Assembly: GCA_013239625.1 (NCBI GenBank)
Contig: MU054391.1
Span: 4,297,824 to 4,361,823, forward strand
Length of the DNA: 64,000 nt
Direction of reading: 5' to 3'
From: Lama guanicoe
Taxonomy: Eukaryota
Shown: positions 21,161 through 35,009 of the stretch, piece after piece
Layout: each line of letters begins with the position of its first letter
Position numbering within the stretch: position 1 is the stretch's first letter
The notes under the pieces: model-generated
Databases searched by the model: none
What the model saw: only the letters and a program-made list of their open reading frames with translations
What the model was told of the DNA's origin: nothing
Made by a program: the position numbers and the translations under genes

Positions 21161-24100
21161 TTCACGCATATCTTCTGTTGTGTAACACTCCATAGATTAA
21201 AAACCTGAGTTCCTCTTATCTGGAGAAAGTTTCAAAACCTTCTTAGCCTTGTCTCCAAATAGGTGGTGTAAGTGCATTACACCCTCTGGTTTACACAAAT
21301 GCAAATACATCTGTGACAAATGACAAGGGCAACTCAATAATTTCTCAACTTTACCAACAGTTTTGCACTAACATTTTCTTCTTCCATCCTGTTCTACTTA
21401 TTTTTCTAATACTGCCATGGTTCACTAAATTCAGTATGGTCCACTAGTAGCTTGTTATCTTCTCTTCGAAAACCCCTTATCTGGAAGAGTTATTCACTCT
21501 GTACCTAATATTTCTTGAGTGTCTCCCATGGTGCACACACTGTACTGGGTGTTTTAATATGACTGTGCACAAGCATGCGTTCAAATTATGATTTTTGTCC
21601 TCATGAAAGTTTACAGAAATGCCAGCAAATGGTCAACAGAATTAATGGCAACTAAAAAGATTTATAACTACACCATAACTGCTTCGCATTTATATTATCT
21701 AATAGTTAATGAACAATTTGAAATTTTTATCTGATTTATTTTTAAAACATCTGCACCACTGGGGCTGAGATTATACTGTTTTTCAAGTAAGACTTTTTAA
21801 GGGTCAGTGACTTTGTGACTCACTCAAAACCACACAGTCAGTAAGTCACAAAACTAGACCAGAATCTTTGTGTTTTCATTCTTCATCATTGTCCTTTATG
21901 TCACATTAACTATAGAATCAATTAAAATTAGTAGCTGTCAAAGAAGACTAAAAAAGAGGTAAAATAAAGCTTTATTTGAAAAAAAGAAGTATTAGCAGTG
22001 CATAAATATAACTTTCATTAATAGTCAATCATGAGCTCTGGGGAACATAGCTAAACATGTTTGAGTAGCTTAAAAAACAACCTCAGCCACAGCAACACGC
22101 ACACACAGCTCAGCTCGGTGCTGTTAAGGGTGGAGATCTTGTTAGTGACAGTTCTCGCGAGCGTTGCTGTCAGCGACAGTGTATGTGCTCCAGGTCAGTT
22201 TGGAAAGTTGACTGAATGATGCATCATGTGGACATGTCTGTACGGAAGGCAAGCTGGGGCCTACGGGGAGCCTTGGGCCATTTCTAACATTTGGAATTTG
22301 ACATCCTCGAGAGGCATGGCCTTAAGCCCCACTTCTAGAGTCCTCGTCTCTTGGGAGTGTGACTCCCTGGATGAGCATCATTCTGGTGGAGACCAGCTCC
22401 AGACTCAGAGAAAGCTGACCACAAGCCCTCCGAGGACTGACCTGTTCAGAAGACAACAAGTGACCCGTGTTTCCAGGCAGAAGGTCGCTGTGGAGGAGGG
22501 CACTTGGCAGAGCCAAGGTCCCCCCACGAAAAATAAAGGAGGAGGAAGCAATGGAACAATTCTTATCAGAGCCTCTCTCGGAAGCCCGACACCCTAACGT
22601 GGCTATTGGCCCTTTAGGCACTTCCAGAATCAAATGTTTGCTAACCTCATGAGGTCAGATCAGCTGTGTGTGCTGACTGCCCATGACTTGGCCTCTGTCC
22701 TGTTTTTGCCTAAGACCAGTGTCAACCTCTACCAAACAGACACCCTTGAAAATTTGTAGCCCGTGACCTTGGTAGCTACAGCCAATCAGTGACCCTCTGA
22801 GACAAGCAGATTCCAGCCACATCTGCAAACTGAGCGGAAGGGTTGAACATAAGGAGACTGCGAACAAAAACAATGAAGCAGAGACTGAAAGGCTCTGCGG
22901 AAAGGGAAAACAAAGGCTAGACACAAGTTGTGTTTGCCTTTGGAGCGCCCGCATAATCAGCCCAGACTTCCTTGGGAACGTCCAGACGTAGCCCTGTGAA
23001 TACGGCCAAATGCCACTCGTGAACTTGCTCATTTTTCAGCTCCACCACCTGTGACCTGGAGGCTTGTCCTAAGCTCCAGCACTGTGACTTTCAAGGGACA
23101 CTTTAACATAGAGCTACTGGTCAACAGCTTTTTACCGGTGATCCAGCAGCACCATGGGGTGGTCCTGTCAAAGTGGAGTTCTTGTACTTAATTAATGTAG
23201 TCAAAGACTCCATGCAGAATTCATTCATCCACTTATTCATTCATAGATCAGTTTGTTCTTCTAAAATATAATTTCACTGCTACATCTCCAGAGACATAAT
23301 CAGGGTCTGACACATCGTACGTATGCAATACATATCTTATTAAATAAATATCTTACCAAATTGAGCAGATTATTATAAAAGTGTGTATGTGAGATACAGG
23401 CAACTCAAAAAGAATCCATTGCCGGTGGCCAGGACGCTGTGTGTGGGAGGCAGTCACAAAAACTCTATGACACAGAAGTGGACGCAGAGGTGCCCTCCCC
23501 TGGTGATGCTGTCCTGTGATCTTTCTTTTCCCCTTTGTGCTTTCAACAAATGTGAGTTTGCTGTTGCCTCTAAAATCTGTATCAGAGCACAGACCACTTT
23601 TGAACTCTCAACCTGTGGCTCAAATTCCTCCTCTGAGGGGTCCCACAGGCTCATCAACCTGAAGTGGGTAAAATCGAACGTGTCTTCTCCCCTCCTTCTC
23701 CCCCAGCAGCCCTCCCGCCCTGTCAAACTGGTCACCACTTGGTGAATTCCATTTTGTGCAGTTCCCTCACATCTTCACCCTTCTCTCCACCCCACAGCTG
23801 CTACTGTAGTTCAGCCTCTATCATATCAATGTCGCACCACACCAGCTGCGGGTCAGAAGCTCCAGTGGTTTTCTCAGTGATTTCGCTACAGATTGACCAA
23901 AATCTGTGTTCTTCCCGTGGGACCGACTGACCACTTGTGAGGGGCAAGTGAAGGTGCCAACCTCAGAATTTCTCAGGGGCTCTGGTTCTGAGGACTGGGC
24001 TCCCCTGGAGGACAGGACCTGCTTCAGGAAGACAAACACCAGAGGGTTTTCATGCCTGTCGAGTGCGGGGGAGGGAATGTCACGTCCACCTGAGTGAGGC

Positions 24101-24779
24101 CAGCCTCCGCCGTCTGCCCTGGAGGCTGCCCTCTGGCTGCATTTTCTGTTCCTGTCTCTCTTTGAACCCCCGTTTCAGCTTCCCGCTCTCCAGAGGGCTC
24201 CGCACGGGTCGAGGGGAACAGAGACACCGATGGTGACAGGACACCATGTGTCCCTGGTTTTCAGTCTCCCCCACCTCCATCTGCTTCAGAGCCAAGAGAG
24301 AGCAGAGGGGGCCCAGGCCCTGGAGGTGCACACTGAGCACATTCTGCTCTGGGGCCTCCCTGCCTTCAGGAGGCAAGCTAGCATCGCTCAGCACTATGTC
24401 CCTAAGCAGACTGGCTGGCTGGGTGGGGACCAGCCACCTGTGCAGATGACACATCACCAACAGTCTGCCCTGCAAGCGTGGCCCCACCATGCTGCCAGGG
24501 ACCTCAGCTGGTCTCCCCAAAGACATGGGCAAAACTTAGGGTGCACCCAAGAATGCACTGTGTATCAGATTTGGCTAAAAAGCAGTAAACTTTCAGCTTG
24601 AGAGCCTGTATCCCTTCCTAGATGAGCAAGAAGACACCAGCATCTCTTGCTAAAGTCACACCCAGCCCACATCCTCCCTGTCCTCCCACACGAAATCCTC
24701 TTGTCCCATCTGCACCGCGTGTGTGCACCTGCCTCCGCCCACACCTCCCCCAGTCTCTACTTCCCCACGGCCATTTGTC

Positions 24780-24900
24780 TTTCACATATAAGTGAAGGAT
24801 GCATACATATAGATAGATAGAATAAATAAATATATATCTTAGATATATAGTGCATAAATATGCATAATGAATAAATATATATCATATATAATGCACATAC
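24780..24900. repeat. TA-rich low-complexity tract
   Basis: atatagatagatagaataaataaatatatatc... Confidence 0.7.
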
Positions 24901-25034
24901 TTTGAAGGAAATGGGTGAAAAAGGGAGCCCACTTTGAGATGCGAGACGACAGATGAACCAGTGTTAAGTTTTACACACACAGACACTCATATGTATGTGT
25001 AAGTATACGTGTGTATGTATTTTATTTTACTATT

Positions 25035-25210
25035 TATGAAGTATTTTCATGATCTCTTGATAATGAGAACACCTTTTGAAGGAGGTGATGATAATATTAG
25101 CCCCATTTTGCAGATAAATGAGTCTGTATTTTCACAGAGCTCACAACTAGCCCAAGGTCACATGGCTAGTTCATGACAAAATCCAAGTGAGAGGGTAAAG
25201 CCTCTGGCCT
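25035..25210 (-). mobile_element. MIR SINE
   Basis: attagccccattttgcagataa...cccaaggtcacatggctagt. Confidence 0.75.
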
Positions 25211-25617
25211 GTGCCCTCCTCACCTCTCCAACATCATGCTGCCTTTCTGCATACTTTTGAGCTCTTTACATCCTTAAGTTGCTTTCAGAAGTTAACCATG
25301 AACTATTTGGTGGCGTGTTTTTCAAATCTATTTCTATGAAAGAAACAGCACAGTGAGATTAACCAGGAGCCAAAGGCCGGTTCAACCTCCGTCCAGACAG
25401 TAAACATCAGCCCTCATCTACAAGCCTGGTCGTGGTGACTCATTTCTCATTTTCCCACGTGCCAAAAACTCATTTGCTGGACAGTAAAACTCCAGAAATG
25501 CCACTGTTGACTATTACTTTTTAACTATTATTTTATCGTTAACTAGCGTTTTTGTCAGCAAAAGGTAACCGCTGTTGTCACCCTAAGCTGACTCATTTGT
25601 AGTCAAAAGGAAATCTA

Positions 25618-26237
25618 TTTGAGTGTCACTGTTCACAGATCCGGCATTTGTGAATCCGTCTCCTCGCTGAAATCCGTCTGTAACCCTGAAGGGCAACCCC
25701 CGAGGTGCTTCGTGGCGGCTCAAGGCGTGAACAGCACCGAAGTGTCTGAGCCACTCCGCACCCCGGTGCCCCGCTGCGACTGAGCACAGCATGCCTCTGC
25801 CCTCGCGTCTTAACTCTCACACGGTAAAGAAGTGTCCTTTACACATTTTTGTGCTTTTTGTTGGTGATGCTGCTGCCTAAACTGGCCCCACAACAAAAAC
25901 GCCGAAGTGCTGTCCAGCGCTCCTGAGCGCGGAAAGGCTGCGACGTGCGCTGCGGGGAAAATGCCCGTGTCAGGTCAGCTTCGTTCCTGCGGGGGCTATG
26001 GTGCTGTTCCGTTAAATGTTAATGAATCAACAGTATGTACCACAAAAGGTTTCCTTTAACTGAACCACACATGCAACAAAGTTATATACTGATCGGTTGA
26101 CAAAAGTGCTGTGACCAGAGGCTTCGAGGAACCTAGCCCTGCATTTCCCCCAGGAGCGATGGCTCCGTATTTGCTAACTGGGTGTTGGTGGGGACTTTGT
26201 AGACCACAAGTGCTGCAAATAATGAGAACCAACTCTG
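25618..26237. mobile_element. MER82-type TcMar-Tigger element, near full length
   Basis: catttttgtgcttttttgttggtgat; aatgttaatgaatcaaca; gatcggttga; gtgaccagaggct; ggaacctagccctgcatttcccccaggagc; end gcaaataatgagaaccaact. Confidence 0.85.
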
Positions 26238-26394
26238 AGTAATTTTGTGTCTTTTTTTTTCAGTCTACGTTGCTTCATCATGAATTGTTTCGGAGAGGTG
26301 GAATAGCAAGTGTTTGATAAAATCCTGGTCTTATTGTTTCTAGCTGATGTTTTTAAATACCAGAAGAATAACTCCTGGACTCCCAGTAGCAACC

Positions 26395-26785
26395 TCCATT
26401 TCCTCATAAGCAAAATTACTATGCAGGTTCCCAGCACGACCCTAAGTGCTGGAGAGTCAAGGGTGGAAATGCTGGACATCGTCACTTGTCCCCTGTGGTG
26501 GACCTGCCTGCGAGGGTGGCAAACGCTAACAGGGAATCATATAAATAAATGAAAGAAATTATTGTGCCATGAGCCAAAAAGAAAGAACAGGAGCAGAGAT
26601 AGAAATCCATTAAGAAAGAGCTCCTTTGAGCACGAGTAGTCAGAGAAGGCTTCTGAAGCTAAGGTATCTTTTGATCTGGCAAGAATAACAAGGGATTAGC
26701 CATGTCACAGGTGAAGCTGGGAGACCGTTGTAGGCAGGGGAAACTGGCAGGTGCAAATGTCCTGAGGCTAGAAGGAGATGTAGCA
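26395..26785 (-). mobile_element. L2 fragment
   Basis: ctaagtgctggaga...gtcagagaaggcttctga...aggcaggggaaactggcaggtgcaaatgtcctgagg. Confidence 0.75.
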
Positions 26786-26786
26786 A

Positions 26787-26910
26787 CACAGGTAATCCAG
26801 GATGGTTTCATCTCGAGATTCTTAACTTCATTCCATCCAATGAGGTCACATTCCCAGGTTGCAGGGATGAGAACATGAGCATCATTTGGGGTCCACCATT
26901 CAACCCCCTA
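26787..26910 (-). mobile_element. MLT1 (MaLR) LTR 5' fragment
   Basis: taatccaggatggtttcatctcgagattcttaactt...aggtcacattcccaggtt...ccaccattcaaccc. Confidence 0.8.
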
Positions 26911-28039
26911 GATTTCTAAACATTTTTTAACCCCTTTAAAAGTCCTTTGATATTTATTGGTTTATTCAAATTATTTATCTTCTCAAATCAATTTTAATCT
27001 CTATGTTCTGAGGAAAACAGTTTCTACTTTTTCAGAAACAGTGAACAAGATATTCTCACATATACATGTATTTATTAAAACTAGTTTATTGCTCTCTGAA
27101 TAATTGCTATTTTCTTATAACTGATTGATTTATTTCTTCTCTTGCTGGGTGTTTCTGGCCAAATACATGGATCTCATATTAGAGGATTTTCTTGGATTTT
27201 CTGTTTGGATTTTTCTCTTGTTGATGTTTCTTCAACTACCTCTTGTTATAATACTGTATTTTAATGTTATTCTCTCATTTAGAGTCAGTAACTAAGCAAA
27301 GAAGGCCATACCTCTATCATTTTACCTTATTTCTCTTGGTTATATTTACTGCAAAAAAAAAAAAAAAACCTGATGGCCTTTAAATTGGAATTTGCAACCA
27401 ATGAAATCTCTGTTCTTTTCCTCTGAACTTGGAGCCCCAGCCCAGCCTCTGCAGGGTCACAGAAACATTTATCTCTGCCTTTTACCTTCTCGCTCCTTCA
27501 ATCCACCAGAGGCACCGCTAACATCTCCATTTAATAATCTGCACTAACAACCCAGAACCCCATCAGCATAATAAGCATCTCCCATCTGCGCTGAGGGGGC
27601 CTCTCATCACGGGCTGAAAACTAGCTGCTCACAGAAAGTCGCTGGGAGCAACTGGAGTGGAAGTGCGGAGCCCCTCGGTGGGCCGCTCCTCCTGCCACTG
27701 GGTGTAATTAGCAGGCATGCAAACGTGGCTGTTGTCACCTCTGCGCAAGCCAGAACCTAAGTCTGGAAGAAAACCTCTGGATTTTGGATAACAGGTCCTA
27801 TGATGAAGATTTGCGTGGGATGGTTAAGAAGGGGATGGGCCTCCCAGTGGAGGGCCAGGCTTGGCGCTGACCAGCTGAGCCATCTGCCCTGTCTTGTTCC
27901 TGTTCTCATCTGGAAAAGGGAGGCGGGACCACAGAGGAGTGAAGGCTCCCCCACCTGACTGGCTCTCGGTGCACCATGTGCAAACCACTGCGATCAGAGG
28001 GACACTGGACAGGGCCAGTCCCCAAATGCAGCAGTGACT

Positions 28040-29075
28040 TCCTGGACCACAGTTACCACTTCGGACTCTGCCCCGGCAGCTCCTAGCTCCTCCCCTTCCT
28101 TCTGAGAAGCAGCTTCTCTGTCTCCGCAGCCCTTTCAGGGACCTCGTCCATCTGGTGGGTTTCCTCTGAGGAAGCTGCTGCTCCCACAGTCTTCTCTCGA
28201 CCTCCATCCTCCCCGGCGCTGCGTCCCAGAGCCACACCCTTGGCTCCTCCTCTTTCTTAATATGCTCACTTGGATATCGCAAAGGAATCCCAAATCCAGC
28301 TTCAAAGCCAAAATCATTATTTACACCCACATCTGATACATTGAGGGTTTCCTGTCTCTGAATGTTGCACAGGGCGGACACCTAGAGGTCCCCTTTGACT
28401 TTTTCTTCTCCCCCACGTGGTCCCTCAGAGAGCGCTGTCAGCCTTACCTCCAAAACAGTCCTCAGCGTCATCTGTTTCTTCCCGTGCCCTCTTCAGCTCC
28501 CTTCAGATCCACCATCTTCCATTGTCTAACTGGTCTCCCTGAGTCTCTGCTGCCTTCGCCCGTTCAGCCCTAGAGAGATTGTTCTACGTGCGCACTGGCT
28601 CACGCATGATAGGTCAGCATCCTCCACTGGCTCCGAGAGTAGTCTGCCGACATGTGACCCCGGGACGCCCCCACCCCGTTGTCTGGCTCCTGCCTGCTGC
28701 TCCTCTGTGTTTTCTCTTGTTATTCCTGTGCGGCCGCCCCAGACTTCTTTCAGTTCCTTGAAAATCTGTCTTTCTTTCTGCCCCGGACATTGGTCAGGCT
28801 ACATGGAACGGTATTCACAAGGTCTCATTGTGCTTCACTCAGCTGAAGCACGACTTCTTCTGGTCATCACCCCCCGATACATCCGTCTTTTCATACGCCC
28901 ACCCAGAATCACACTCATTTACTTGTCTGCATTACACATCTGTTAATGTGAACATTTAATTAATATCTTTCACTCCCCAAGAGTTCCATAAAGATAGGGA
29001 TCATATCTGGTTTGGGTTCCTATTAAACTCGAACCTGGCCCATTATAAGAATTTAATAAATATGCATTAAATTAA
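28040..29075 (+). mobile_element. L2 LINE, ~1 kb decayed 3' portion
   Basis: ctcacttggatatcgcaaagg...; ctaactggtctccctg; ends gagttccataaagatagggatcatatc...ttaataaatatgc. Confidence 0.7.
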
Positions 29076-32000
29076 TAAATTATACTTTGATGATGTCATC
29101 TTATTTTTAAAAGAAATGTCAGGAATTTTTTGTCACTTGGTGTCACCAAGTCATATCAAACAGTTCTGCACATATACGTTATAAAATACTGAAAAAAAGT
29201 ATCCTGGGGGTGGGGGAAATTGAGGGGGAGTTGGGAGGCATTTTGGTGTGGTTTCTGAAACAGAAACTGGAAAAATACATGGTGGAGTGAAATTCACAGA
29301 CAACGAGACTCATCCAATGTCAGTCACTGCATGACAGCATCTCCTTCTAAGCTTTAGTTACTGCTCCTATAAAATGGAGATAGATAATCCTGCAGGAACT
29401 GAATGAGAGCCAACACTGCCTGGTACGTAATGGGTATGAAGTTAGCTGCAGACATTCTGATCATTAAAATGATTAGTGCACCAAGTAGCCGGTTCTGGCG
29501 AGGCTGAATCTGGCCCGGGATTCTTCATCGTCAGTACCACGGGCCTTCCTGGGCTCGGCTGCTTCTGAACCAAAAACTCGGTTCTCTCTACCCTTGTATC
29601 CAGAGCACGGCTCTCTTCTCCCAGCTGTAGCAGGTGGGAAGCCTTGTCTTTTAGATGTAAGCCATGTAGATCTCTTAGCACTTTTATTTGAAACTGAAAC
29701 TCTGGCTTTGGATGGCTCCTTTCTCAGTAAGCAGCTGCTTTAAAAATGTCTACCCTTTCCTTGGAGACCAACTCTAAGCTTTTTTCATCGGTTCAAAAAA
29801 GGGCTGTGACTTTTGTCCTCTCTCAAGAGGGCACTCAGTAGAAAGCCTGTCTTATTTGGGAAAAGCGAGTGAAGCGGTGCATTTGCTGTAAATTCTTGCT
29901 TTGGCAGCTTCAGAACAACTTCTCTAAACATTTAAGTAAAAGCTCTGCATCGTTTGCCTGTAGGTTTGATTTAGAAAAAAAAATGCCTGGGAGGTATTGC
30001 TACCTGAAACTCACCATGCCCTTCTCACATTTTTTTTTTTACTTTTTTTTTTTTCGATATAGAAAGTAGTGAACTACAATTTAAAGTGAAAGGATATCTT
30101 CAGAAGTGTATACTGTCATTTGGAAAGTCAGCTGGCCTACTGTTAGCGCCGCTGCATGAGCTGGTCTAAATTATTTAAGCCAAATGCAGAATAATCCATC
30201 ATTTTCAATAGCATATGCTTCTCTAGGAGAAAAATGCAACAATCTTTTAAGCATTCACATCTCAAATTTTCCAAATACTTCAAAGAAAGAGATCCATAAA
30301 ATCATCTGACCTATAACTATTCCGCACAGTTAAAAGAGTTGTCCAACTAGAAGGGAACGGGTTGGAGACACGGACTACTCAAAATAATAAAATTATACAA
30401 GGACAACTAGTTCCATACTCTGCATGTGAAAGAGAAACAGCTCTGGCCGTGTCAGTAGAGCATCACCTGGGGTCAGCTGAGCCGCAGTGTGTGACCCGTG
30501 ACACTAACGTGTGCCCAGCCGTGGTGGCTGGTAGCCTGGGTTTGTCACCTCGACTTTTCTGGGTGGCCACTGCACAGAGTGGCTGTCAAAGTCTGGGTAG
30601 ATTTGAGAGGAAATGTCCCAGAAGATTGATTTGGATGATTCGGCGTTTGGTTAGTCAGGGATCCGCGTGTGCTGGGAAGGACACAGGACAGTCAGGAAGG
30701 TCCCGGACTCGGGAGCCAGAACGAGGGCTGGGTTAGGTGTCCTGTGATGCGCTCAGTAAACCTGCCCTACAGACACCAGGCGAAGGGGGCGGCGTGGGCG
30801 GGCTTGTCCCACCACAGAGCGCTTCAGCCGACTCACATCCCGCCGATGTTATCACAGTGGCCACTGAGGTCTCCAGTGACAAAAACAAAGGAAGGCATCT
30901 CAAGTAAGAGATGCAGTGTGTGTGGCCAACAGCCCAGAGGCTGAACAGTGAACGTGTCTGAGCCTCACAAGGCCTGAGACTCAGAAAGGAGAGGGTGACA
31001 TCAAAGCCCTGAGGAGGGCAAACATGGGGCAAAAGGAGAGCATCCCACGTCAGGCAGGTGCCCAGGCCCAAGTCCTGCCTGAGCGGGCGCAGCCAGGCCA
31101 TCAGTGCCCGGCAGAACCTCGCCCACTGCCGGAGAGGGGACGACGCAAAGGGCCAGGAGACGGCACGGGGCCGACGTCTCTGCGACAATGAAGTAGGTCC
31201 ATTCGGTCTCTCCCTTCTCAGTAGGAAAGATCAGAGGACATGCCCTTCTTGAGATGCACCACTGGGAAAGGGCACGCTTTGTCTCATCACACAGCTTGGC
31301 ATCAGATTTCAGGGCTGACATATCTGAGCGTCTTTGTCACCCAGATCTGGCCTACCATGGGTATTTCTCCCCGCGAACTTGGATGGACAGTGCAGCTGAG
31401 CAGACACTGAGAAAGCAACAGCAGCAGCTAATCCAGCTTAATTCCGAGCGCGTGGCGGGCACACTCCAGGGATGTCTGATCCTGACCTGCGTCACAAAGA
31501 TGTGGCCCCAGTATCGAAGGGCCCTTAATTCCCAAAGTCCTGGTCTACACTGTCCATGTTTTTGATGGACACAAAACTAACAACTAAATAAAAGCAGCGT
31601 ATGGTTGGAGAAATTTCCCGCAGAAGTGACTGTAGGATTTCCTGACGCTGCAGAGCCCTTCTGGCCTGAATGTCGGCATCCTGGCTGACACGGCCTCTGC
31701 CGGGCCAAAGGAGCAGGACAGCAAAGGAAAGAGCAAAGTGCCGGAGCACGTTTGCTGGAGCCCCGCTTCCCCACGTTTCCGTGTCATTAAGTAGATAAAA
31801 AGCAGTAATACTTGTCGAATGTACTGGTTAAAGCAAGAGTCGGGCCCAGGAATTCCTGCATCGAATGCAGAGAGGGATCAACACCTCAGCAAGCCTGCGT
31901 CCGCCCCAGAACCAGGCTGGGAGGCTGTGACCCAGGAGAGAGAGAACTCTTCTCTGGGGCTGTTCTCCGAGCCCACCGCTGGGGAGGAGGAGAGAGGACA

Positions 32001-33209
32001 GAAATTTATCAAGTTTGAGAACTTTCACTGAGCCTTATTTTTAGGTAAAGAACAGCAGCATGAGAGCTTTAAAAATGCCGTTTTTGGAGGAAAGCCTCTT
32101 TGACTTCCCATTGGCTGTCTTGCTCTCCCTGAAATTGGCCTTCCTCCCACACAGAGCGGTGAGAAGTCAAGTCCAGCGTTGGGAGTGGAACTGGGGAAGG
32201 AACAGAGTCTGCCTCAAGCTCACATCCCCTGAAGCAGAAAGAAACCGTGTGCCACCGTAGTTCATTAGATGTTTGGGGTCGAACCCTCATTTGGCCATCA
32301 AATTGGCCCTATTTTGGTGCCAGATCAAATGTGCCAGTGGACAGTCCAGCAGAACTGAGGCTGGAAGCCTGTGCTCTTGTCTCCTCCCCTCGCTGTGGCC
32401 TTTGTGACCACACTCATCACGGTTGGGGTCGGGGAACGCAGGAGGATGCCTGACACCTACGTAACCTCAGCTGGACTCAGGGAGGGGACCCGATGTGATT
32501 GCCAATATCAGGCGCCTTCAAACCGGGAGCCTGTAGGGTGCCACTGTCACTGACAATCGCCACCCGGTTTTCAAAGCTTGGAGAAGATCATTGCTGTTCG
32601 TTGTGTCCATTGAGCAGACAAGTTTGCTGGCAGACAAGGAGTGGCATAGAGACCCTGGGCTTGATCATACATATAATTCCTTTTTCTTTTTAATTACAGT
32701 GGTCTTCTTTGAGCCCCAAGTGGCACTTGTGTTATTATCCTGCAGGAGGGCGTCTTAATGGCCCTCTAGGACAAGCGCCTGTGCTGGGCTCGGACGTCCC
32801 CGTGTGGGGAGCGTTCTGTACATCCAGCCCGGCTCTCTCCAGCCACCAACAGTGAGGTCCTGTGCAAGGCTTGCCAAGTTTGCTAAACCAGGACAGGAGG
32901 CATTGAATTCGATGACAGCAAGTGTTTTCAGAGACGACAGAAAAATAAAGGTCACACTTGGGTTTTCCAATTCATTTTCTTCAAAGCAACTAGACATAGT
33001 CACAAAGATCAATCTCTCTCTCTGCACACACACACACATACACAGACAGACATACACAGACAACACTTAATGAGAAACAACTTTAAAATTGCTGGAGAGC
33101 CTTACATTAATTCCTGCAACGTGCTCTGGAGTTTTCAGTTATTATGTTCATCCTTATCCCATAGATAGTTCATCCTCTTTCCCTCACAGATAATTTCGGA
33201 AAATACGTC

Positions 33210-33400
33210 TTGTGTACACCTACACACGTGTCTTTCAGCTTCCTCAACAGTTCTGTGAGGTGCGCATTTTTCTTTCCATTTCAAAGAAACTCAGAAAGGC
33301 TTCGTGACACCCCTAAAGCCATGTGGCTTGCAGGTGACGGTCCTAGGACTCAAATCCGTTGCTTTCCCATTTCACAGCAGTTGCCTGTTACACCAAAGCC
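33210..33400 (-). mobile_element. MIR SINE
   Basis: tcctcaacagttctgtgagg...ggactcaaatcc. Confidence 0.55.
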
Positions 33401-35009
33401 CCGTACCCTCTATTCTGAAGTCTCCCCTCCCTTGGCACCCTGCAAAAGCCACGCCAGTGCACGGCTCCCTGAGGGCCAGTGTCTCATTACAGCAGTCCTG
33501 CCCAGCGCAGACATCTTTGGAAACGCACAGCCCTCCTTAGCAAGACTGATGGGTCTGCATCCTGAGCATCTGCACCTTCCTTGCAAGTGTCCAGCTTCAC
33601 CCACACAGCCTCAGACGCTTCTGAACCTAAAAGTGACACCCTATTTCCTCACCTGGAGAAGTCGCAAGCCAAGTGGACACCAGCCTGCTTACTGACCTCG
33701 TGTCCCGGCGGCCACATTATTTATTATCCATAACGGGACCCTGGGGAGCAGACAGGCTCTATAAATCCCAAAGCTAGGATGACAGACAAAGACAGAAATG
33801 TTGCTGATCAGGTGGGAGAACGTGGTCCTCTTACTCATAAAGTTGAAGTCTTCTGTTCAACCCCGTTTTAGCCCACGCCTCGGCTTCGGGGACTTTGAGA
33901 AGAGACTCAGCTCGTTGTGATAACTGTCCCTCATGTTTTGCCTTCTTCTGCCAAAAAAGTAATGGACTAAGCTTCAAGTGTTGCTGATCTCAGGATATAA
34001 GACATTTTTACTGAACCAGTCAAAATTCATATATGTGCACACACACACATAAACACACATGCACACACAGACACATACACACTTGGCTTTTCAAATTACT
34101 TACAATTCAAGAAAAGTGCTACACCTAAGGCAGTTGGCTTGGTTTATTAGAAAATCGTCAACAAAACATAAATGGTTTTCAAGTTTTGTGCGTTGAGGAA
34201 ATCACGTGACTCCAAGACCTCCCGTGGGTTAATGCCCTGTTCATGCTCCCAGGGCACCTTTAAAAACTTCAGGAGCCCTGTGTCTGAAACATGTTGGGAA
34301 AGGTTTCCTTGCACTCCATTTGTTATCCCACTTTTGAATACAAGAATAAACAGGCTGAGCCCCAACATCAATAATTTCTTTGAAAGATTCCATTTTCAAA
34401 AAATGGACTGACTTATTAGAAAGAGTTCTGGCACTGAAGTAATGAGTCAACTTTATTTTATACGTGGCATGGAGAACACGAAAATGAATATAATTATTTT
34501 TGTCAGTTCCAAAACATGTTTCAACAAAATCAAGTTGAGATATTTTTTTCTGTAATATTTAAAGGAGTGTGATAAAACCACAGAAATGGAAAATAGGTCA
34601 GTTTCCCAAGATGGAGTCCAGATATGCTCCATAAGCTTTAGTGTGCGATCATCTGTGGGGAAAGTAGAAGCCATTCTGTAAGTGATGCTTAGAAAGGATA
34701 ATTATCAACTTGGAGGAAAGGTAAGTTACGTTGCTCTCCTCCATCCTCTCTGCCTCCTTCTGGTCCACTGGTTCTCTGCCTGCACCATTTAGTAAACAGC
34801 GACACGAGCCTGTGCATGGTCTGCAGACGTTCTCAGGACAGACCAGCAGGTGAGGTGGTCGTCCCACTGACCCCTCCAGAGGGCGACTACCAGGACACGA
34901 AGCCATCCCACTGCCTGGAGTGAGGAGCACGCAGCTGCCCACAGAAAGGCAGCAGGGGATCCAATATTTCTACGTACAGGAGGATTGGGGGCTTTTTTCT
35001 TGAAAATTA

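Noticed and set aside
27824..28381. 185-aa minus-strand ORF
   Set aside because: Antisense to a decayed L2 and a MIR fragment.
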